Positions 24,470 through 34,192 of a stretch of 64,000 bases of DNA are shown piece after piece. Positions within the stretch are counted from its first letter, which is position 1. Each line of letters starts with the position of its first letter. A program made the position numbers and the translations under genes. Location of the stretch: the NCBI GenBank assembly GCA_016618085.1, contig JABLTG010000001.1, positions 186,001 through 250,000 on the forward strand, given 5' to 3'. The DNA is from Neovahlkampfia damariscottae. Its lineage: Eukaryota. Under the pieces are notes generated by a model, which was not told the origin of the DNA, did not search any database, and worked only from the letters and a program-made list of their open reading frames with translations.

Positions 24470-25534
24470 TTAATTTTCAGTCAGAAAATGTTCATTTTGA
24501 GGTATATCTTTGTATAATGTGTTAAAAAATCTTTCTTTTTTTTCTTGTTTTAATTGTGTTACAGATTTTGGTGTTGGTGGAGTTTTGGCTTGAGGTTCGA
24601 GAGTTAGTGACCTCCTTTGATTTTTTAATGATACAACAAATCCCTTTTTTGAAGCAAGTGGAACAGAAGGTCTTGATAAATCATCCAATTTTGATTCTTG
24701 TTTTGTCATATTTACTTCTGACATTTTTTTAATCAACTTAACTTCTGATTTCTTTTTATCTTCCAACTTTAATTTCATTTCTGAATTTTTTTTTTCTAAT
24801 TTTTTTTCCAAATTTTCGTTTACAATTTTTTCAATATTTTCGACTTTACTTGAAATTTCTTTATGTATATCAAAATTCATTAATACATCTCTTGTTTCTT
24901 GTTTTAAATTTTTTTCAAATTGTTTTAAATTTGTCGTTAATTTTTTTATAGCAATTTTCGTTTTTGTTAATAAGATTTCTAATTCTTCTGTTGAGGTAAA
25001 TTCTTCATTAGTTATTTCTTCAACATCTCTAACACCAAATTTTTTATAAAAATAGTCATTTAGTTCTCCTTTTAATTTTTCAATTTCATTTTTTAGTTTT
25101 AAGATTAATTCTTCCGTAACTTCTTCATCTATTTCATTTTCAATTCGATATTTTGAATCATCAAAACTTTTATCTTTTGTTATTTGATTAAATAAATCGA
25201 TCCATTTTTCTACTTGTGTTGTATCTTCAATGGAATAAGCATACAAAACTCTCATTGGTGTTTCAAATTTAATTGAAGGTGTTTTTAAGCATTCTAAATC
25301 ACCTCTGGAAGCACTATAAAACAAAGGATCACCTAGTAAAAATATACCACCTAAACTCTTTGATCTTGGATGATTGTTTTGAAAATAATATAAATGTGTT
25401 GGTGTCAAAACAAAGTATCGATTTTTCCATGACTTTTTCTTTTTTCCTTGTTTTATCAAGTACCCAGCTTTCAAATGGTTTTTTATAATGTCTTGAAGTT
25501 CGACTTCTTCGTCTTGACTTCTTGAGTTGAACAT
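24470..25534 (-). CDS. PH-domain coiled-coil protein
   Basis: KAGYLIKQGKKKKSWKNRYFVL...VEKWIDLF PH signature followed by a heptad-rich region. Confidence 0.9.
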   Translation of the reverse strand: MFNSRSQDEEVELQDIIKNHLKAGYLIKQGKKKKSWKNRYFVLTPTHLYYFQNNHPRSKSLGGIFLLGDPLFYSASRGDLECLKTPSIKFETPMRVLYAYSIEDTTQVEKWIDLFNQITKDKSFDDSKYRIENEIDEEVTEELILKLKNEIEKLKGELNDYFYKKFGVRDVEEITNEEFTSTEELEILLTKTKIAIKKLTTNLKQFEKNLKQETRDVLMNFDIHKEISSKVENIEKIVNENLEKKLEKKNSEMKLKLEDKKKSEVKLIKKMSEVNMTKQESKLDDLSRPSVPLASKKGFVVSLKNQRRSLTLEPQAKTPPTPKSVTQLKQEKKERFFNTLYKDIPQNEHFLTEN

Positions 25535-25567
25535 TTTGTTCTGATTGGAGTTTTATTTTCCACCAAT

Positions 25568-25584
25568 AAGACTCTTGGACAATT
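25568..25584 (+). repeat. left terminal inverted repeat
   Basis: aagactcttggacaatt, the exact reverse complement of 27860-27876. Confidence 0.9.
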
Positions 25585-25796
25585 ATAAGTTTTTAAGTTG
25601 AAGTGTGGCGTGAAGCGTGGTGTTTTAGAATTTTTAAATAAGTAAGACATTGTACAAAAAGTTACTTGTTTTAAAAATATTTAATTAAATTGCACAAGAA
25701 GTTGCTTATAATTAAAGGATTTATTGACAAAGAAATATTATTTGACTTTACAATCATAATTACTTTCTAAATATTTCATCAATTTAATGCTTTATT

Positions 25797-27199
25797 CTAT
25801 TCTTGTGAGTCAAGTAATTCTTCAAAATAGTTTTTAAAATATTTAATATTTGAAACTAAATTGTTAATGTTCAAATTGTTCATGTTCTTATTGTTCTCCT
25901 TCAACAAGCTAATTAATTCATATTCTTTGTATCCAGTTTTTAATCTGATGTCTCCAGTGACAAAATCACCTTCCATAATCGTCAGTAAAATAAAGATTCA
26001 TAGAAAATAAAAAATAATCATTTTTCACATTCACTTTGATAATCCAATTTATAGAGCTTTGTATTGCTGATTTCATCGTCCATAATTCCTAGAATTTCCT
26101 TTTTCTTATCCCATTGCTCATTCACTGAACTTTTGTAACTAAAATTAACATCTTTTTCTAAATCATCCTCAGAGATTTCTTCCATAATATCTCCTTCTGA
26201 ATATCCACCACTTAAATCTTAAATTTGTCTTTTTTTTTTAAGCAATGGTAGATAAAATCTGTGACAATAGGATTATTTAGTTGAACTGCAAGTGCATAAT
26301 CTTTGAGATCTTTATATTTTTCGGAAGACACTACTAAATTGACATCTTTGGTAATTTTACTTTCCCATTCTCCGCCATTATTTTCTATGATTTGGGATAA
26401 AACATCTTTTTCAATTGGTAGTCTTCCAACGGATGATATTGTCAATCCTTTGAAAATATTGTCATTTCCTTCTACTAATTCTTCAAGGTCACTCAAATCT
26501 TTTGAATCACCTTCGGGGTCATGTATCAAATTCATCTTATCAAATCCGAAATTTTTGGAAAAGTATGTCAAAATTTTTTTGTTAATAGCATTTTTCTTAA
26601 AATTTACGTGGGCGAGTATCATGTAAATTGTGTTGGTGATCATTTTTGAAACTTCTCCAATATCACAATTTAATTGCTGAAGTTGTGCTTTGGTTTTAAA
26701 TGGAGATTCAGAATTTTTTTCAATGAAACTAATTTCAAAAGTTGCTTTGTCCAAAATTTGGACTCTATGTATGTCCTCCTTTTATTTCGGTTCCATGTTT
26801 AGTTGTTCTTTCATCATCATATTTGTAGTTTTGTTGAACATTGCGCTTTATTTACAATGCAGATTGTAATTTGTTTTTTGGTTCAAATAAGAATGAAAAG
26901 TCAATTGACGATTTTTTTATGTTTTTATATGTTTTGGTTATTTCTTCAACTTTTTTGTTTATGTCAATAATTAAAATGGATATAGTGTTGACTTCTTCAT
27001 TAATTTTATTGTTCAAAGTAATTCTTGTGATGTAATCGTTCATTTCTTTGTTGTATTTATTTACAATGACTTCGTAATTTGGATAAAATTTTTCAAATAC
27101 AAAGCCTGATCCAGATGAATATTATATAATTCAGAAATTCTATTTTATTTTTCTAATTGAATAATTTTAGAAAGCATCGAACTTGTTTTCTTCACTCAT
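25797..27199 (-). pseudogene. disrupted BRCT-domain gene inside the transposon
   Basis: ATG at 27199 followed by stops and frameshifts; fragment 26212-26754 has FKGLTISSVGRLP...IIENNGGEW...VNLVVS...AVQLNNPIVTDFIYHC (BRCT); coding-like acidic sequence continues in another frame to about 25797. Confidence 0.7.
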
Positions 27200-27285
27200 T
27201 GGTTATTTTATTGTTAATGAAATACAATTAAAGCCAAAAATTTAAGTGGGTACAACGAATTTAAGAGTAAAAAAAGAATATTCAA

Positions 27286-27601
27286 TTAGAGGATTGTCCT
27301 GAAGTTGCTCTTGTGGTGGATGTTATTTCAATTGAGAACTAGGCCAAAGATGTTGTTTAGAGATGCTCAGTATTATTTCTCTGGAAAGCATCATGCATAT
27401 GGTTACAAGACCGAAGTAATGCATCTTCTTAATGCACTTGCTGTGTTTGTTGGTGATACTTATGATGGTTCTGTGCATGACTTTACCATTTTCAAAGATA
27501 ACTTGGAAATTTACTACAAAACAGCAGAATTGGAAAAGAAAAGAAAACAACAAGAAAGAAACAAAAAGTATAGTCAAAAGAAGCAAAGAATCGGAGAATA
27601 A
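27286..27601 (+). pseudogene. DDE_Tnp_4-family transposase fragment
   Basis: LEDCPEVALVVDV-(frameshift near 27325)-FQLRTRP...YFSGKHHAYGYKTEV...GSVHDFTIF, then jumps to a basic tail; the later DxGY/E catalytic part is absent. Confidence 0.85.
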
Positions 27602-27721
27602 AATTTCTTTTCCTTCAAACTCCATGTTTTAATTAAAAGCATCATGTTTAAAACTGAAGTGTTTCATTATTTGTATTAGCATGTCTTTTTATACAATAAA
27701 TAACTCATTGTGAGTAACAAG

Positions 27722-27797
27722 ACTTATTGCTTGAAACACCACTTATTGCCTAATTATATACTTGTTGTGAATAACACCGCTTGTTGTCCAATTAGAG
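27722..27797 (+). repeat. subterminal RCTTRTTGY motif repeated four times at 19-nt period
   Basis: acttattgc (27722), acttattgc (27741), acttgttgt (27760), gcttgttgt (27779). Confidence 0.75.
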
Positions 27798-27859
27798 ATG
27801 TTATTATTAAAACCATGACTTGTTTATCTGAAACTAAAGGATATTCTCATAACGTGATG

Positions 27860-27876
27860 AATTGTCCAAGAGTCTT
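27860..27876 (-). repeat. right terminal inverted repeat
   Basis: aattgtccaagagtctt. Confidence 0.9.
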
Positions 27877-27924
27877 CATAACCAAATGATAAAAAAGTGA
27901 TAAAAAAAAACAAAATGGAATAAT

Positions 27925-28680
27925 TTATTTTTTGATCATTTTTCTGATGACAGTTTTTCCTTTGACGGAAATGTTTAATTTGGAAATATCATCATCAGTG
28001 AGATATTGCAAGTCATCTTTATTCAAATGTTCTAAGACTAAATTTAAGGCATCTTCTTTTGAAAATCCATCACCTTGGAATAATTCTATTGCCACAAGTT
28101 GATTTTCATCCAAATAAGTGTCTTGAACTTGTGGTACAGAAATGACAACTTCTTTTGTGACTTCTTGTATTTGTTCTTGTTTTTTTAAAGGTGTTAAAAA
28201 CATAACTGGAATATAAACATTGCTTTGATGAGCCCTTCCATTATTATAGTGAACAGGTCCTAATTCTTGTTCAAAAACACATTCTAAACGAAAACCTTGT
28301 TGTTCATAATAATTTTCACTTTCTGATTTTGCATATGCTGTGGCTTCTTTCATGATATCTTGGAGTTGTTTTGGGTAAAACAAAAAGATGTAACAGTAAA
28401 ATGGAATAATGATTATGGCTGATAGACCGAATGTTGGAATCGCCAAAATGAAAACAAGAAATATCATCACAAATATTGAAATCCACAAAGTAAGTGCTGC
28501 CTTTTTCGTTTTCAAAATAATGGTATTCGTATTTTGAATTGTTTGAAAGTATTTATCTTTGTCAACTGAAGTACCTTCAAGTATATCTGGATAATGTTTT
28601 TCAAATTCTGAATTCACTCTATCATAAGTAATCATATAGGAGTTATCTCTGGACGTTTTCATACCAGTATTGTACAACAT
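27925..28680 (-). CDS. membrane protein with Erf4/golgin A7-like N-terminal part and SAM-like C-terminus
   Basis: FEKHYPDILEG...YFQTIQNTN then a TM hairpin; C-terminal HLNKDDLQYLTDDDISKLNISVKGK resembles a SAM domain. Confidence 0.6.
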   Translation of the reverse strand: MLYNTGMKTSRDNSYMITYDRVNSEFEKHYPDILEGTSVDKDKYFQTIQNTNTIILKTKKAALTLWISIFVMIFLVFILAIPTFGLSAIIIIPFYCYIFLFYPKQLQDIMKEATAYAKSESENYYEQQGFRLECVFEQELGPVHYNNGRAHQSNVYIPVMFLTPLKKQEQIQEVTKEVVISVPQVQDTYLDENQLVAIELFQGDGFSKEDALNLVLEHLNKDDLQYLTDDDISKLNISVKGKTVIRKMIKK

Positions 28681-28797
28681 GAAGTGAATCTCTTCAATGA
28701 TTGGTGGAAAATAAAACCGTTACAGAAAGAAACGAAAAAAAATAGAATCTTCCAATCTGTGTACAACCAATCACTTTAATTCTTAATAATTGCTGTG

Positions 28798-31660
28798 ATG
28801 CCTGAAGCTGGAGATTACAAAGTTGAGTACAGTGCTTCTGACAGGTCAACTTGTCAAATATCAAAGAAAAAAATTCCAAAAGGAAACTTGAGAATTGGAG
28901 AATATGTTCAATCACCAAAATTTGATGGTACTTATCCAATTTGTAAGTCTTAAAAACAAACTAAACTATTGAAGGGTATGAGTTTAAAACCTTCAAAAAA
29001 ACTCAAAAAATGGTTGACAAATTTAAAAAAAATATGCAAAACAACAAAAAACTTATTGGTCTTGATAAACTGAGACTCAAGGATCAAGAAATGTAAATCA
29101 AAAAAAAAAATGACTTTCAAAAAGGATTAATGAATTGATTGGAATTGAAAAACTTGAAGAAAAGGAAAATTTAACCGATGAAGAAAAACTTCAATTGGCT
29201 TTGAAGAATGAAAACCAAAAGTTATGGGAGTTTAAAGATTTATTGTCAAAGAATTGTGCACTTTCTGATTTAAGAGATATGTTAGATGTTAATCAACAAA
29301 ATAGTAAAGGAGGTGAAGCTGTACTTCTTGAAAGATGTGCTTATGGAATGATGTTTGGAGGTTAGAACTTTTAAAACAATTAAATTTTGTTTAGCATTAC
29401 CAGGATGTCCAAAAGAGGATTGTGAAAATAATTTTCTTGAGTTTTCCTATTCACTTGGAAAATACAAATGTTGTGGATCGAATCAATGGGGTAAATGTAC
29501 ATGGACAGGTGAAATTAATGATGTTGAAGTATTTGACTGGGTTATTCCTGATGATTGGGAATTTCTTTCAAATTTCAAATTTGTGAAAAATAAAAAAGTT
29601 GCATACACTTCAGAAGAAAAATTAAAAAATGTTGAAATTCAAATTGAAGAAAAAACAGGTTCACTAGGTAATTTATGAACTTATTTCTCATTTTTTCAGC
29701 TGGTATTACATTATGCATTGCTGGTAAGTTATCAAAGAATCAAAAAGATTTTCAAAAAGTTATTGAAAAACATGGTGGTGAATTTATTACCATTATGAAT
29801 GCAACATGTGATTATTTGATTTCAACAAAAACAGAATTGAATAAATCAACTTTAAATCCAAAAATTGAAATGGCAATGCAAGAAAATATTCCAATTGTAA
29901 ATGAAGATTTTATTCATGACAGTGTGAAAGTTGAAAACAAACTTGAAGATTTAGAAAAATATTATTTATTTAAACCAGATAAAAAAAGAAAACATGATGA
30001 AATGACAACTGACAAACTTGAAGATAGTACACAAAAGAAAACAAAGAGAACTTATAAAATCAAAGGAAAAGCAGCTGTTGATCCTGATTGTGAAAATGGT
30101 GATGATTTACATGTTTTAGAGATAAAAGATGATGTTTATTCAACAAATTTGAATATGACTGATATTACAAGAGGTTCAAATTCATATTATATTCTTCAAG
30201 TGTTAGCACATGATAATGAAAAAAGAAGAGAATATTATTTATTCAGAAAATGGGGTAGATTAGGAACAAATGTTGGATCATTCAAACTTGAAGAATATGA
30301 TGATAAAGATTCTGCAATTTATTACTTTGAAAAACTTTTTTATGAAAAAACTGGTAATAATTGGGAAGAACGAAATAATTTTGTTAAAAGACCATCAAAA
30401 TTTTATCCAGTTGAAGTTAGTTATGGTGAAGATGATGATGAATTATCAAAATTAGTTGAACTTCAAATGAAAAATGAATACAAAGGAAAATTAGATCCAC
30501 GTGTCATTGATGTGATCAAATTATTCTTTGATACAGAACAAATGTCAAAAACATTGGCAGAAATGGAGATTGATGTTAATAAAATGCCACTTGGAAAATT
30601 AAGTAAGAAAACTATTTCAGAAGGATTTGAAACTTTATCTCAAATTGAAAAAGTTTTGAAACAAAAAGATCCACAAAAAGATGATTTATTATCTCTATCA
30701 AACAAATTTTATACAATCATTCCACATGTATTCACAGAAAAGAAAATTCCAATCATTGATTCAGAAGATTTGTTGAAATCAAAAACTGAAATGCTTGAAT
30801 CTTTAAGAGACATGGAGACTGCAACTTCATTATTGAAATCAAACTCAGAGATGAAACAAACAGAACATATTCATGATAAGAATTATGAAAGATTAAAAAC
30901 AAAAATTCTTCCAATTGAAAAAGATGATAAGGAATATAAAATGGTTAAAGATTATGTCAAAAATACTCATGGAAAAACACACAATGAGTAATAATTTGAA
31001 TTAAAAGTAATTATTTTTTTAGTTATACATTGGAAATTGAACATGTTTACAAAATTGAAAGAGAAGGAGAGGATGAAAAATATGATCCTTGGAAGAAAAA
31101 CAAAAATCGTCAACTTTTATGGCATGGTTCAAGAACAACAAATTTCTGTGGAATTTTATCACAAGGTTTAAGAATTGCACCTCCAGAAGCTCCTGTAACA
31201 GGTTATATGTTTGGGAAAGGTATTTATTTTGCGGATATGGTAAATGAAAATTGCAAACTAAATCTTCCATTTAATTAGGTTTCAAAATCTGCAAATTATT
31301 GTCGTACTTCTCCAAGCAGTCCAGAAGGTGTGATGATATTATGTAAATTTTTAGATTTTAATTCATTTCATAGGTGATGTGGCTCTTGGAGATATGTATC
31401 ATCTAACAAACGCAGAGTATATGGAAAAAGCTCCAAAAGGAAAATTATCCACCAAAGGATTGGGAAAATATGAACCAAATCCAGAAAAGAATATTAAATT
31501 AGATGATGGGTTGGTTGTACCAAATGGTAAATGGATTGATACCAAAAGAAGTACTGGTTTGTTATACAATGAATACATTGTTTATGACGTATCCCAAATT
31601 CAAATGAAATATATGCTAAAGTTGAAATTCAATTATAATAAAAATCATTATTGGCAATAG
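28798..31660 (+). CDS. PARP1: poly(ADP-ribose) polymerase 1-like (zf-PARP-like, PADR1, BRCT, WGR, regulatory, catalytic)
   Basis: RKWGRLG (WGR), [36 protein letters not shown] with the H-Y-E triad intact; seven GT-AG introns. Confidence 0.96.
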
Positions 31661-31797
31661 TAACTACTTTTCTCATCGGAGAGTTTCTCGTTCCTTCATT
31701 GGTTGTTGATTTCTTCCAATGAGAATCAATTTTGATTTAATTGGTTAACGGTTATGGCTTCGTGAAAAAAACTGAACCAGCAGAAATTGTAAACAAC

Positions 31798-32452
31798 ATG
31801 ACATTTATTGTAGTTATTGATGGATTAATTGGAAGTGGCAAATCTAGTGTGCTTAAACTCTTGAATGCAAAGTATGGATACGTTGTTGAACAACAAAGAG
31901 TATCTGACTGGACTCTCTTGAAACCTTTTTATGAAAATCCAAAGAAATATGCAGAAGATTTACAATATCAAGTTTTAGATTCATATCATAAAATCTGGTC
32001 AAAATATCAAGACAACTCAAACAAAAAAATTGGTATGAGACGAAATTCATTTTTAACAGTTTTTTTTTGAAGTATTACTTGAAGCATTTTCACTTTCTTC
32101 TTTTGAAGTATTTGCTAAAATGTTGGAAGATGATGGTGTAATTTCAGAAGAACAATCATCAAAAATTGAAAACTTTGCAAAAGAAAATCAAAAGAAGAAA
32201 CTCTATCCAAATATATTTTTTTATTTAGATTGTAAACCACAAGAGTGTATGGAAAGAATTAAAATCAGAGGAAGACCAGGTGAAGAAAATATTAAACTTC
32301 AATATATGGAAAGATTATCTTTATACTATAACAATTTTATTAAGAAATATGATGATGAAATGAACATCATTCGTTTAGATAATAATGTACAGAATCAAGT
32401 TGATTATATTGCTTCAAAAATTAATGACATGTGTATTCAAAGAAATCAATAA
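31798..32452 (+). CDS. deoxynucleoside kinase-family protein
   Basis: IDGLIGSGKSS P-loop, FYENPKKYA, PNIFFYL, CMERIKIRGRPGE lid; one intron. Confidence 0.85.
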
Positions 32453-32592
32453 AAATTTAACTTTTATGACTCATTATACTTAAAAGAAACAGAAAATTAA
32501 AATTTCAATTTTATTCAAAGTTTTATTTTGTCGGTTATTCTGAATCATTTTCATTGGCTGAATTTGTTCGGTTGGTGACAAACACACATACA

Positions 32593-34093
32593 ATGATGAA
32601 TGAAAATAAATTTGTAGATGATTTAAAAAACGTGGAAGATTTAAACTTAGATAAACTTCCACCAAAATACACAAGAGATAAAGAAAAAAGAATCTTTGTC
32701 AATAGAGCAATTAACTTGGACAAAATTGAATATTTTGGATTTGATATGGTACTTCAACTAAAAAAATGTATTAAACCATAGGATTATACCCTAGCTGTTT
32801 ATTTACCAGAATTTGATAAACTTCAATATGAAAAAGTTGTTGAAAGATTAATCACAAAAAAAGGTTACCCAAAAGAATTAGAAAATTTAAAATTTGATCC
32901 AAACTTTGCTATTAGAGGTGTTTATGTTGATAAAAAACTTGGAAATATTTTAAAAATTGATCAATTTGGATATATCTTAAGTTGTGTTCATGGAAAAAAG
33001 AAATTGGATTATATTAAAAAGGATTATCCAGATAGATTTTTACATCCAGCATCCATTAATGAACGTTTTTATTGTATGGATACACTTTTCTCAATACCTG
33101 AAATTTGTCTGTAAGATTGAATATTTTCAAATTAATTTTTTTGAAAGTTATGGAAACATCATTGACTATTTTGAAGAAAATGATTACATTAAAAACATTA
33201 ATTATGCATCAATTTTTGAAGATATTAGACAATCACAAAATGGAATTCATCAAGATGGAACTTTAAAAAATCAAGTGATAAAAGAACCTTCAAAATATAT
33301 TAGAAAAGATAAACGTTTAAATTTACTTTTAGATAGATTAAGAAAGAGCAACAAAAAAGTATTCTTATTGACAAATTCTGAATATTATTATTCATCAGCT
33401 GTGATGAAATTCATGTTAGAAGGTACAGATGAAGAATATAAATCATGGAAAGATTATTTTGATATTATCATAGTATCAGCATGTAAACCATCATTTTTTA
33501 TGTCAGGAACAACATTAAGAGAAGTAAATGAAGAAACTGGAAATTTGAAATTTAATAATGTTTGTAAATTTGAAAAAGGAAAAGTTTACAATGGTGGAAA
33601 TTTATCATTATTCAAAAAATTTACAGAAACATCAGGATCTGAAGTTTTATACATTGGAGATAATATTTCACATGATATTGTTCACACCAAAGAAAATAAG
33701 GTTTTATGGAGAACTTGTTTGATTGTTAAAGAAATTGAACAAGAAATTGAAACATGGTCAAAATCACAAAAACAATTTGAAAAGATTAATAAATTAGAAT
33801 ATTTGAGAGCACAAATTTATCAAGGAATGGATTCTTTGACTAAGGAATCACCTAATACAAATGAATTAAAAAAAGAAATTAAAAATTCAATTGAAGAATT
33901 TGAAAATCAATTTAACATTCATTTTGGATCAATATTTAGAGGAGGTACTTCTGAAAGTTATTTTTCTTCTTTAGTTGTTAGATACGCTGATTTATACTGT
34001 TCTGATCATTTCAATTTTTTGAATTATCCATTTTTCTATTATTTTAGACCACTTCATAAATATTTTGCTCATGAAATGTCCATTTTAAAATAA
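32593..34093 (+). CDS. HAD-superfamily cytosolic 5'-nucleotidase (cN-II/NT5DC family)
   Basis: FGFDMDYTLA across intron 1, FLLTNS, SACKPSFF, YIGDNISHDI, RYADLY. Confidence 0.93.
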
Positions 34094-34192
34094 AATTTTT
34101 TTTAACGTTTTTTATCAATTCCTCAGTGTGTTTTGACCAATTAAAATCTTTTTTTTCTTTGACTTTGGTTAGCCAGTAGCTTTTTGGTTGTT

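Larger units (their letters stand above)
25568..27876. mobile_element. decayed TIR DNA transposon (PIF/Harbinger-ISL2EU-like) carrying a BRCT-domain gene
   Basis: Perfect 17-bp inverted repeats at both ends; internal DDE_Tnp_4-type transposase fragment; interior ORFs are disrupted while flanking host genes are intact. Confidence 0.85.

Noticed and set aside
27722..27797. CRISPR-like array
   Set aside because: Repeats are 9 nt and degenerate with 10-nt gaps, there are no cas genes and the context is eukaryotic; better explained as subterminal motifs
25561..27883. Target-site duplication flanking the TIR element
   Set aside because: Flanks (caccaat / cataacc) give no exact 2-3 bp duplication for any end placement I tried
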